Origin: Magallana gigas
Lineage: Eukaryota
Direction: 5' to 3'
Assembly: GCF_963853765.1 (NCBI RefSeq)
Contig: NC_088856.1
Span: 53,878,001-53,942,000, forward strand
Length of the DNA stretch: 64,000 nucleotides
In this document: piece by piece, positions 1 to 11,960 of the stretch
How positions within the stretch are numbered: the stretch's first letter is position 1
Layout of the letters: the number at the start of each line of letters is the position of its first letter
Notes under the pieces: generated by a model
Seen by the model: the letters and a program-made list of their open reading frames with translations, nothing else
Database searches by the model: none
Told to the model about the DNA's origin: nothing
Made by a program: the position numbers and the translations under genes

Positions 1-1077
1 CTGCGTGCTTGTCCTGGGTCTTGAGTATCACGGGCAGCCGCCCGTTTAAGTTGTCTCTTCGGCCTTGGCATTGACCCCGTTGATCTCGTGGTATTTTAAA
101 ACAAAAGCGAAAATTGTTACCTAATTAATTTGTAAATAAATTAATGTTAATCAATTTCATAAAATTCTATTGGTATATTGGTAGCTAAGCCGAAAAAAGC
201 AGTAAATTTAAGATGAAGCTAAAATAATGTGCGCCATTGAAGATTGCACTCGAGAGATTGTTGCATCTAAATCCATACAATCAAAGGACCTCAGTGGCCA
301 TCGAGCGGAAATCGGTGGCAGATATGCCTTTTCTCGACTTTCTAAAATTGATAGAAGTATTTGAACGACTAAATTAATCTAAAGAGTATACTTTATTACG
401 GAGAATTAAAACATGTCTTACCAGTTTCAAGAAGAATCCAGAAATGATGCAAAAAGAGGCCTAATTTTAAAGCGAGTATATTCAACCGGAAAAATTCCGG
501 AAAAACATAAACACTATTTATAGGTCCTTGGATAAATTTGCATATCTTTGACAAGCCAAGATATGCCGTATTATTATTACAACCAATATCATTTCGATTA
601 ATGCAGGTTTTCAAGACATAAAGATAACATTTTTTCTGATATATATTTAGGACGCATGCAAACAATTCACAAAAATTAATATTTTACGTCTACTTTCAAA
701 CCATATGTTATAAGTTTCCATATATTAATTTATTTAAAGTTTAACAGAAAAATGAGGTACATTTTTGTGATTGCTCGATCGTTTTTTAGAACTTTAAATG
801 ACGACAGTCTTGTGAAAAAATTTAATGGATATTTTTTCAACTTTTCAATTTTTTTTAACTTTGTTTGAATTTATACTTAATAGCACTAGAAATTACTTTT
901 CTTGTGATTCAGGTTTTTCAATATTGGTATTCATATGACAGTGGCTATGTCTCGTTAAACTTCTCTTTTGTTCAGATATGATTTTAAAAAATACACAAGA
1001 ATTGTAATTTTAATTGTAATTGTAAATTAATAATCACTCACAAAATATTTATAACAAATCAATTCCTAAATGGTCTA

Positions 1078-1544
1078 GAGTCAGTTTATGCATATCTTTT
1101 ACAACACACACCATGCAATAGCATAGCATTGAAACCTCATACCACAGCATTAGAATCCCATACAATAGCACTGGAATCTCGAACCAAAGCATGAATTCTC
1201 ATTTGTCAATACATATCATAGCATACCATACATGATTTTAACTTGGTTTAAATGCTTTTATTTTAAAAAAGAGTAAATGTTCAAATGGCAGATTAGTGGT
1301 AAACTTTGGCTTTTTCTAATTTTAATTCAAAATGTTTGGAACATTTCTCTAAACGGCGGTGAATTTTTGTTCAAATCTCATAGCATACCATAGCGTAGCA
1401 TACCATACCATATTATCAAGCCGTTCATGTCATTTCCCCTAGTCATAGCATTAAAATCGAATATCATTGCATTATGATCTCTCAGCATATCATTAAAATT
1501 GTATGCCATAGCATGCATTGCAAAAGATATGCATGAAATGACTG
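1078..1544. mobile_element. Non-autonomous TIR element (Tc1/mariner-type MITE) with degenerate internal ~21-bp repeats
   Basis: Left gagtcagtttatgcatatcttttacaa matches the reverse complement of the right end ttgcaaaagatatgcatgaaatgactg; TA on both flanks (1076-77, 1545-46); the interior has repeated catagcatt/cataccatagc units. Confidence 0.6.
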
Positions 1545-1858
1545 TACATAAACGTTTTACTTATTTATTCATATAGATTTTTTTCTACAAAATGAACTTT
1601 TCGTAACTTTTCGCAGTTCACTGTTGATTTCAATTTGTGCTACATAATAATACGAATTCACCGATATGCTTAGAAATAAATACAGTTCAGAGATGAGAAG
1701 TAAAATGTTTCAGTAAGTTCCAGCCATGCTTTAGAACAAAGACAGCATTAAAAATGTCCTATTAATTGGGATAATATCACACACAACTGTTCTTAACTGC
1801 GACATGTTTTTCTAATGACACATCTGCAGCGCTTCCTACATGTGCTAATCTCACACAA

Positions 1859-1902
1859 CAGATGGTCAATGGCGACAATACGTCCAAGACTCTGTATATA
1901 AG
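1859..1902 (+). promoter_or_regulatory. Core promoter of stefin copy 1: E-box (CAGATG 1859-64) and TATA (TATATAAG 1895-1902)
   Basis: TATA lies about 55 bp upstream of the ATG; the same motif pair recurs at equivalent positions in the paralogues. Confidence 0.6.
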
Positions 1903-1953
1903 ATACGTTATTTCATCGAGTCTGCACAAAGTTTTCAACATTGCTTAACAAAC

Positions 1954-3077
1954 ATGCAAACTTTCGTATTTGTTGCTGTTGCCTTGTCCGTTGTCTGTTT
2001 GGCCGAAAGCAGGAACTACGGTCTTGCTGGAGGACTGGGGAGAACCAAAAACGCCACCCCAGAAACCCAGCGACTCGTGGACTCCGTGAGTAGTACATAT
2101 GGATAAAATATGAATTCGTATTCAAATCCCGACAAAGTTCTTATTTAAACCTCTTGCCCACATACAACGAACAAGGTAATTAAGAATTTACTGCTATTCC
2201 GAAGTAATTTTGAGACCCCGGTTGGCAAAACTTTAACGCATTTTATCATTGATATAATAAATATTTTTCATTGCTAATTTCATTGATGATAAATGGAATT
2301 TGAAGATGTATATATAAAATATTCAAATTTAAATATTATACAAAATTTGAAAAGAAAAAAGTTATAGACACTTTTTGTATATGACGGCAATATTGACTTT
2401 TATAACTTACGATAGTTTAAAGTACTGCCAGCTGATATTTTTGCTATATACGTATGACAAATTAGTGCTAAAATTTTGTATTTCCTATGGTTCCTTGAAA
2501 GTTCTATAAACGAGGTTTGTTGTAATATTATTGATGTAAATTCCAACTGATAGATAAAAATGAATTTCCTGTATTGTTACCGACAGGTGCGAGATGAGAT
2601 CATCGGTCAGCTTCCTCTGGGCTACGACAGGTAGCAGCCCTTACAGCTTACCGCCGTGTCATACAGAGAACAGGTTGTCGCTGGAAAGAACTACTTCATC
2701 AAGGTTTTCAAACGTGTTTTATATATTTTTCTGCAAGTTGCCAGATAGATATATATTATAGATTTTTTTTTTTCAACAAATATATGATTTATAGATTAAA
2801 TCAAAAGCCAAAACTCAAATTATAAAATTTCACACGTTCACTCTTTCTAGATGTATAAACTGTATAAATTAAGCTAATGATATATTAAACAAAACACCTC
2901 ATCATACTCAGTACACCATTTTGTCGTCTTGCCTCATTTCCGTCCAATATATTTCAGGTTGAGACCGGATTCAACAGATACATCCATGTCAGGATCTACA
3001 AAGACCTGAGAGGTGGTGCTTCCGTCACCACTGTCCAGTTAGAGAAGACTCTCTCTGACCCTATTGAATACTTCTAA
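1954..3077 (+). pseudogene. Secreted stefin-like cystatin copy 1 with an in-frame nonsense codon (exons 1954-2085, 2587-2703, 2958-3077)
   Basis: MQTFVFVAVALSVVCLA signal peptide, GG trunk, QVVAG, HVRIY and C-terminal DPIEYF; GT-AG phase-0 introns. TAG at 2632-2634 where copies 2-6 have GAG (Glu). AATAAA near 3122. Confidence 0.85.
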
Positions 3078-3403
3078 AAAAACGTGGATTAAAAATTATA
3101 CCCTTGATTATCTATACCGTAAATAAAATTAGACAACTACAGTTACAGCCTCTATTTGTTTATAAGGACTTTAAGCCATAAGTGCTCTTGGTCAAACATT
3201 TATCAGCAGTTTGATTTTGACCAGTTGTTCTAGAATGTTTTTAAAATGTATTAAAAATATTGCAACTAAATAATGTGAAAACACATTTAGACGGCATATT
3301 ATATAAACATTAAAACTAAAAGTCGAAGACTTCATTCAAGAAAGCAATTTATTATTTACATCTACATCTATCTATTAATTACTCGTTATCATTCTCTTTA
3401 AGA

Positions 3404-3820
3404 CATTCAGTAAAAATAAATAAACACTGCCTGTTTGGGAGGGTAACATTTGAAATAGACAGAAACCATTGACAATATGGTTTTTGAATAGGGTCAATTT
3501 CAACTGTTACCCTTCCAAATAGGCACTATTCGTATGATTATACCGAATGTGTTAATTTTAAAGTAAACTTTACTGTGTGTATTTTTAATCATTTATTTGC
3601 ATTATTTCAAACTCATAACTGACTTCTTTAGGATTGACGTGAATTCTTCGGCGAACCGTACGCACATAATTTACGGACATGTAACAATTCGTCGTAATAC
3701 CCGTTGCCAAGTATTTTGCTAGCGCCGAGGGTAATAGAACGGATCACAAACTGCGTCTAAACCAATCAGATTTCAGTATTTGATATTAGAGTATCATAAA
3801 ATTACATGACGTTGATTTGA
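3404..3820. mobile_element. Non-autonomous element with a subterminal long palindrome (3404-3548); boundaries approximate
   Basis: Arms tgcctgtttgggagggtaac...gttacccttccaaataggca; CCAAT-type motif (accaatcag) near the other end, as in related copies at 17.3, 22.2, 46.2 and 49.1 kb. Confidence 0.5.
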
Positions 3821-4490
3821 AAGTACATGTACTATTTTAATTTGTCATACAAAAATGTGTGTGTGGCATATTTTAGCAAATGTAACCGGCTGGCTGGTTA
3901 ATTTAATAAACTTTTATCTTATATAATCAATGCTTTTTTATCCATAGTCAAAGTATAACACTTAAAACGTAACAATTAAAATCATTAAAACCCTAAACAC
4001 AAATTCTTTCATTTTTCTTTTACAAATTTGCGCGCGTGCATGAATTTTGCCTGAGAGTAATTTGTTCTTATTTATCTATTCCAGTCATTTCCATCTCAAC
4101 AAATGTAGTAGTAGGTTACCCTGGGGATATATACTACAAGTCATGAATAGTAGTCTTAACGTTACATTATTTTCTAATTTGTATACAAAAACTATTATGA
4201 ATCAAAGTACTGAAGAACTGACGGGAGTTGATTTTGTCGATGTTTGTTTATCTTAAAATCAATGATATGTTATTTTGAATGACAAGCACATGTAGTTTCT
4301 AATTTGTATTTGAATTACACACATTTTTATAATATGATTGTTTGGACTTTTTCGACAAGAATGTCAAGAAACCCCCAAATGAATCATGGTAAATAATATT
4401 CATAGTAAAATTAATTCAATCAAACTATGTACGTATCAGTAATACAAAATATTTCTCTAAAATTGTATGGATGCAAGCAATATTGAACTC

Positions 4491-4579
4491 TAGTCTCGTT
4501 CAACCAAACACTCGGCTGACACCGTAAATCTCCGACAAGCATTTACAGAGACAGCCGAGCGTCGAGTTGAACGAGACTA
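4491..4579. mobile_element. 89-bp fold-back MITE with TAG...CTA termini
   Basis: tagtctcgttcaac ... gttgaacgagacta is a 14-bp perfect inverted repeat, with an inner ctcggctg/cagccgag pair. Confidence 0.65.
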
Positions 4580-4734
4580 TTAATATTGAACTCTGGCGTA
4601 GGAATACATACGACTACAAAAATATTTAAATTGTTCGTACCATTTAAAATCTGACTATTTTCAAGGTATTTATAAATAAGTTTCCTTGAAAAACAATTCT
4701 TTAGCATACATTACATCGAATTCATCAATCATTT

Positions 4735-5585
4735 TCAAGAACTAAGTCTTGTCAGCAGCGATGATTTGTGCTGAGGTCCAAACACTGTTTCACTTTCGGT
4801 TTGTCTAAGTGACTGCATAGGAGAGTTGATTAAAATCAACTCCCAAAAACTGCTGTTGTAAGAATAATCAACAAGTGAAAAGCTGTCAATGTGACAGCAA
4901 ACCGGGATTTCTTTTATGTAAACTGTATCCATAATCCATGTCAACCCATATCCAGTGAAATGGAGTACTCTATATGCAACATTTTGCCAAAAAATGACTT
5001 AGTTCAAAAGCTAGTATTTTTTTTTCAGAAATAATCAGAAATCAAAATCCTAGCGATGTGCTCACCTATGATATAGGTAAAATTGATCTGCAAAAGAACA
5101 ACTTCCTATCTTGAAAACTGTAGGAGGAGTTATCCGTACAATGAGGGTACCCTATATGCAATATTTTGCCAAAAATGACTAAGTTCAAAAGCTGGTATTT
5201 TTTCGATAGATAATCAGAAATCAAAATTCTAGCAAAATGCACACCTCTAATATGTGTACAATTGATCTGCAAAAGAACAACTTCCTATCTTGAGAACTGT
5301 GAGAGGATGTAATCCGTACAATGAAGGTACCCTATATGCAATATTTTTCCAAAAAATGACTAAGTTCAAAAGCTGGTATTTTTGCGATAAATGATCAGAA
5401 ATCAAAATTCTAGCAATTTGCAACCTCTGATATATGTACAATTGATCTACAAAAGAACAACCTACTATCTTGAGAACTGTAGGAGGAGTTATCCGTACAA
5501 AGAGGGTACCCTTTTGGCAGCCGCCCGCCCGCCATTTTCACCATTTTAATAACCGGATTTTTCCGTTGGAAAACCCGGTTAAAAA
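4735..5585. mobile_element. Helentron/DINE-type non-autonomous element with a central array of about three ~180-bp satellite-like units
   Basis: Units recur at 4970, 5152 and 5332 (period 179-182 bp), followed by a (GCCC)n tract at 5518-5533 and a terminal stem-loop aaccggatttt...aaaacccggtt (5551-5580) abutting an A-run. This is the HINE/pearl/DINE-1 architecture. Confidence 0.7.
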
Positions 5586-6301
5586 GGAAAAATAAGCTTA
5601 GATCATGTGGCCACTGAATGACAGCTATCAATAACATTGCAAAATTATTTTGTATAAATTAATTTACAGTTATTGGTGAGATAGATCCACTATTCCAGCA
5701 AATGACCGTTTACCAAAAAAGTGTTAAAAGCATTAATCATATTTTCATATAAATATCAAACCTTTATTTCTAATGTGAGAATGAATATTTATTTTATTTT
5801 AAAGCACTTTTCTAGAGAATGAAATAAAAACATAGATATGAGAACACTATGAATGCATAAAACTTACATTTATACACAGTATATTGTAAATAATTTCATT
5901 ATTTTATCTCTTACCAATTGATGTTTTGTCTTTCTTCAACAGCTGATAATAAAGTACATTTAGAAAAGGAGCTATCAAATTGCATAGAATGTATCGGAAA
6001 ATGTAAATATATCAGTTTGATAAATTCACGTTATTATCTTTTAACATAATGGATTAACACATGAATAAATTCATATCGAGATGAATTCCTTATTGGAGCG
6101 ATTTGAAAATTAGAAAAAGTTGCATTTAACGATTTAGACATGTCCAGGCTTTAAGAAACTGACTACATATACATGTACATCATTTTAATTCTGTCGTATT
6201 TTTGATAATGAAATACATTATTTATGTTAAGATTGACAATAAACGGGCAAATGAATATTCAGTTTTACGATTGAACTTTATTTGCAAAAATACCTTTTTA
6301 A

Positions 6302-6731
6302 GGTCAGACGACACCTTCCTTGGGCATCTTTTTTGTATCTCCTCGTAATAAAGAGTTCTAATAAAAAAATTATCATTTTTATAATGATTTTAAAATGATT
6401 GAAATTTACTTGTATATGTATATATACCTAGATGGCCGAGTGGTTAGAGCCGTGGCCGCTCTCTGCCAGGAGCGTAAGTTTTAGAGGTTGTGAGTTCAAA
6501 GCCCGGCCCAATATAATGAATTTCGCTGTGCTGTATTATTTATCTATTTTTATATCAGCAATTCGAGTGTATTTTCAAGAAGATTATATAAGAAATTGTA
6601 TTTACTAGTTTTTGCAGAAATGCCTGGTAAGGTATCCTAATTTTTTGCAAGAAAGCTTGTCAAAGTTTTAGTAAAACATTAACAAATTCCTGGAAAGTGT
6701 TAAATAAAATTGAGAAACGTGTCGTCTGACC
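6302..6731. mobile_element. Kolobok-type MITE carrying a tRNA-like cassette
   Basis: TIR ggtcagacgacac/gtgtcgtctgacc; flanks TTAA/TTAT; RR termini; A-box TGGCCGAGTGG at 6433-6443 and B-box-like gagttcaaagc at 6492-6502. Confidence 0.65.
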
Positions 6732-7467
6732 TTATGGTATTCAATGTATAATGAAGGGATACTGAACAATTTTGAATCAATTTCAAATAATTAAATATGT
6801 ATTGCTAGATAACCATGAACTCACAGTACTGACAACATATAAAAAGTCGGTCATTTAGCACTTTAAACTGTTTTATGAGTTACTCTTCCCTAGATGAAAT
6901 CAAGAAAAATTTTAATTTTGTCAAACCATCAGTGGTAAATGTTTCATTTTATTTCATATTTCAATAAAAAGAAAGTATTATATATATATATATATATTTA
7001 TCAAGAAATTTGTAAAAATTTCAACTTACTATCTACATTATCTGAATAATGCATGCATTGTCCGTAGATTTCAATTTAAACGTCAGTTGCAATTAATTGG
7101 AAAATTATCAAAATTTTGAAAATTTCTTTGGTGGAGTATATTTAAGTGATAAAAACTTTGAAATGATATCATGGTGAAGAATATCGGACCATTCGTTTAT
7201 TAGGTACAAAATGTGGTTGTAAAACTTTGAATACTTTAAACAAACTTTAAAATAATGAAAATTGATTAAAAGTTACTGGCCTTCCTAATGCCAATACGAT
7301 TTTGTACTGCTTTACTTTTGATAAATGAAACACGTTGGACATTAATTTATGTATCATAAACAACAGCTGGTACATTACTAACGATTCTATCATTGTGTTC
7401 CCGCGTATTTAAACGTCCAATATCTAATTTAATCTTCGCAAAAAGTTTTCAACTTTATAAAAACAAC

Positions 7468-8628
7468 ATGTATACCATTGTTTTTGTATTCCTTGCATTC
7501 TCTTGTACTTGTTTAGCGGACAATATTAGCTTTAGATATGGAGGACTGGGTGACCCCATGGACGCTACTTCAAAAACCCAGCGACTCGTGGATTCCGTAA
7601 GTATAGGTATTTTGGGGGTTGGGGGGGGGGGGGGCGGGCTTACCAATTATTTTATTTAATTTATTGTGAGAAAGTGATAGCATAGTTATAGCTTTTATAT
7701 TACCAACAGGTGCGGGATGATATCATTGATGAGCTCCCCTTGGGATACGATAGAGAGCAGTCTTTGCAGCTAAAAGCCGTCTCGTACAGAAAGCAATTAG
7801 TTTCAGGGTATAATTACTATAAAAAGGTAGGCAACACAATACAAGGTGTACTAAAACAGAGTTGTTTTTTACACAGCTTACGTGTTGTGTCTGTACCTCT
7901 AAACTAGATCGTATTTTTTTGTAGTAAGTGCCAATTAATTTGTTTTTATTTGTACTATCTTGCACACAGACCTATGTACATTAACATATATACACACACA
8001 TTTAGCAATGCTTTGGCTTTTATTAAGTGCCTTCAAAAGGAATGTAACAGAATGACTGGACAAGAACAGTTAATGAATTAAGCAAATTGATTTGACCGAA
8101 GTTAATTTTAGGAAAATAGAATGTCTTTTAACCTGTTCATTTAATGAAATATGCGTGAATGAAAATTCAGAACATGGAGTTAAAATAACTAACATATTAA
8201 CATATTAAAACCTTAAAACAGTAAATAACTAAAAACTATATTGTTTTCAAATCCAGATAGAATCACTGTATGTGACATACGTCTAAATATACTTAAGTAA
8301 AATGTTGTATTTTAATTTTCTTAAACTTATCTTTTAGCATTACTTTGTTGTTTTCTATATAAATTGGCATATATTTGCTACGGATATTCTCTTTAATGAA
8401 TATATTTTTGTAGATCTGATTGTAGAAGCAGTTTTTAAAATATGATTTTTTTTTCAATCCATTCTTTAGATCGAGACAAGCCAGGACAGATACATCCACG
8501 TAATAATTTACGAAGACTTCCGCAGCAATACTCTACTAACAGGCATGCAGCTAGGGAAATCCCTGTCTGACCCCATTGAATATTTCAGTTTAAACGTCGA
8601 TTTTGATACCTCAATATTTCGGCAATAA
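7468..8628 (+). CDS. Secreted stefin-like cystatin copy 2, 134 aa, divergent (exons 7468-7596, 7710-7826, 8470-8628)
   Basis: Signal MYTIVFVFLAFSCTCLA, YGG trunk, QLVSG first loop, YIHV, DPIEYF followed by the 13-aa extension SLNVDFDTSIFRQ; both introns GT-AG phase 0. Confidence 0.88.
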
Positions 8629-9470
8629 TTATTAATACAAAAAAGTTCGATAAAAGTAAATAAATAACATTTGAAATACAAATGCAAACATATTTTTATA
8701 CAGTATTACTCTTTTGGATATGCGACTTGTATTATAACTGAATAAAACTACAAATTTTAAAATTTCTCGAGATATTGGCGTTATTTTGTTATATAAAAAA
8801 CGTAAAACAACTAGGATTAGTGGGTGACGGGATCTAAAAGAAACGTTTACCTAATTATAATCATTGTGAACTTATGTCTTGTACAAATGTTACAAATCTT
8901 ATCTGAAAAATTATGTTATTTTATTATCAAAATATACAGTCTGATATAATAGTGTGTCCTCCATTATTGTTCTTTTTCCTATTTTCATTGTGTATATTGT
9001 ATTTGTATGCTAATTTACTATTTATCTACTACTTATCTATTAATTTATAAAATGTACCTCTGACTTTTGAACTCTATATATACTGATTGACCTCAGGTAC
9101 CCTTTCATGGTTTGAGAAAATAAACTGAACTGAATTGAAAATTGAATTGAAGGTGGCGGTTAAAGTTTACTATAAAACATCGTAAAATACTCAACCTAAA
9201 ATGATTGCTACATTGGTTAATATTAACAGAATTGAAAGTAATAACATAAGAAAGATATGCTGACCACTTTAAAACATTTTTATACGTTTACCTGTGATGT
9301 TTTTGGTAATAAGCTAACAAATAAGTAAGAAAATATCCAAATATTTAAGCTTTAAGATTTGATCATATTCCTTTATCTTTGTACGAAATAAATGTTGATC
9401 AAATTAGTCTAAAAATGATAACGACCATGAAGCCATTTTTATTACGTACAAGGAAACATTTTAAAAATAT

Positions 9471-10090
9471 ATCTTCTCTAGCCAAGGGTTTCTGACCCGT
9501 CTCGCTCCTCATGAACTGTTAGCATATCGTGCTATCAAAAGTCGGGATTTTTTTCCTGGATTTTAATTGGGGTTTATTGAAACCATTAGACCAATCAAAA
9601 AATGCAAAACATATCTGATTTAATCGACAGTGTTTTTCGCACTGTTTATTCACTAGTGTCTCTAACACGAATAGTTCAAAACCGTTATTTTTATAGTCTT
9701 TCTGTTTGAGTCTCCATGATGCATGAATCATTCAATGGTGATATACTATATAAGAGCGCCTGATTGTGTATCAACATAGACAGGTACTCGTAGATTGAGA
9801 ATTTACCTCCCCCAGTCTTGCACCCTTCGAATGAATTCGAAATATATAGAAAATTCCACATGAATACACTGTGCATTAAAACTTTCTTCCAATTTGTCGA
9901 TATCAATGTCTATAGAGGCTGCCATAACTGCATCAGATACGTTATAGTACGGCATCTTTCATTATTTGACTTATTTGAAAAAAGGATAGGAGATCACATG
10001 ACGAAAAAAAGTCCCGAATTTTAATAGCATGATATGCCAAGGGTTTGTGAGAAGCGGTGCGGGTCAGAAAACCTTTGGCTAGCGAAGATG
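9471..10090. mobile_element. Non-autonomous TIR DNA transposon, about 620 bp
   Basis: Left atcttctctagccaagggtttctgaccc and right gggtcagaaaacctttggctagcgaagat are near-complementary; a short relative lies at about 48411-48470. Confidence 0.65.
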
Positions 10091-10737
10091 GTTAAGATAA
10101 TGATAATCCAAAACAAATCATTCCAAATCAAATTGTTATTAATATTGTACTAAATTAAAACAGTTTTTGATATCTCTAATTAACATTGTTTAAAATACTA
10201 CCAAAAAACATCAGAACTATAGTTTGATAATTTATATGACGTCAGCAAACAAAATGTTAAGTGCCAATATTTACATTGACTTTCCTTCTCCCTATTAATT
10301 TGCATTGAATGATTTGAGTGATATTAACGCATAACACAGAAGACCTAATCACCAAATCTGGTGCGTATGAATACATTCAATCTTCCTTCAATATTTCTCG
10401 GAGAACATGACTGACTCTCCTCGTGACTTCAAACAGGACCACGGTCTAATGTAATACTTACGCTGATTGACATTTCATTGATGAAAAAAAAAATGAACAG
10501 TTAAAAGAATTCAATTGATTAATTTCAAAGTATATCAACGGTATATTTATCAAATTAAAGAATGAAAAACAATATCGTATCATTTGAATTTAAAGCGTTG
10601 TGCACTATTCTTGTCCCCGTAAATCGGCTGTTCCAATGGCTCTTCCGTAAATTGCGCATTATTTGTTAAATAAGGCAGAGGTTTTTAAAAATAATTATAA
10701 TTTGCCGAAAGGGATTGAATTTTAGAAAACGTAAATA

Positions 10738-10898
10738 TAAGTATTAAATCACTATTTTTTTAAAGATATGGGCTCATAACTGAAACGGTGAGTGCAATCA
10801 GATTTTCAAAACGCGCTAGCGCGAGTTATTCAATTTGTATGCACATGCCTTTGCAGTTATGAGACCACATCTTTCAAACAATAATGATTCAATGCTTA
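10738..10898. repeat. Imperfect long palindrome (about 160 bp), probably the end module of a non-autonomous element
   Basis: taagtattaaatcactatt...aagatatgggctcataactg pairs with cagttatgagaccacatctt...aataatgattcaatgctta; centre acgcgctagcgcga. Confidence 0.6.
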
Positions 10899-11672
10899 AA
10901 TAACAGACCAAGAATTTAATAAAATCATTGATAAGGTTTTTAATTAACTCAACCACAATGGAACATCAAATATCTTGATTACAAAGGATGCTGCAAACAT
11001 TTGTCAAAAAGCATTTATTTTGCTAATATTAACATCCTCTATTTCTTGATCCATAGCTTTATTAAAACTGTCAATCTCGAATCTAAATGATTCAATTCCA
11101 ACTATTTTATTGATAGATAGAAATTTGCAGCACCTTAAATTTGGGAATTGCACGAAAATGTCGACAAACTAAAGAAATCCGGACATATATGAATATTTTT
11201 TTTTATTTCTTCTATCCAAAATACTGATGTACAATAACAATTCTAGCAGTTTAATGACCTTCACAACCGCTTTATAAATAATTTATTATCGTTTATTTCA
11301 TAAATGATGCATGTAAATACAAAAAATAAATTGTTTTCTTTTATTATCTAGGCTATTAAGGAACATGTAGCAATCATTGCAGATAAACAATACAAAAGCT
11401 AATTAATGTTCAAGAGGATTTGATGGTCGTGGCCATTTTTAGACCGTATTGATCTCTTTTGAAAGGAGATCCACATATCAAAAAATAATAAAAATACCCA
11501 AATTTACGAAGGTAAAACGAAACTATGGATTTTTTTTCCTTTATCACATTTTAGTTTATAACATTAAAATTCTACATATCTGAAAATTTTAAGAAGATCT
11601 GATGATTAACCTGTTAACCGTCCAGTCTTTAGAATTAAACAAAAATTACAACTCTTACATTAATATTGAAGC

Positions 11673-11960
11673 AATTAATTAAGTAAAAATAAAAATATAT
11701 AAATATAGATTGTTTTAAAAAGGCTTAGTCTTTGTCTTGTGATGCTGTGATATGGCATTCTTTTCTTTATGAAATTATGGATTCTTAATTATTCAAAATG
11801 GATCACTTATTTACATTAATTAATTAAGTAAAAATTAAAATATATAAATATAGATTGTTTTAAAAAGGCTTAGTCTTTATCTTGTGATGCTGTGATATGG
11901 CATTCTTTTCTTTATGAAATTATGGATTCTTAATAATTCAAAATGGATCACTTATTTACA
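11673..11960. repeat. 145-bp tandem duplication (2 copies)
   Basis: aattaattaagtaaaa...ggatcacttatttaca occurs at 11673 and 11818 and is nearly identical. Confidence 0.9.

Noticed and set aside
2632-2643. Programmed readthrough or selenocysteine at the copy 1 stop
   Set aside because: The codon is TAG, not TGA, and the context TAG CAG CCC does not fit the UAG-CAR-YYA readthrough motif.
6428-6510. Genuine tRNA genes at the A/B-box cassettes
   Set aside because: No consistent cloverleaf or anticodon arm could be folded, and all copies lie inside TIR elements.
7614-7638. Poly-G run as a functional G-quadruplex (also 27280, 38555, 59860)
   Set aside because: Simple homopolymer tracts, absent from the paralogous introns and error-prone in assembly.
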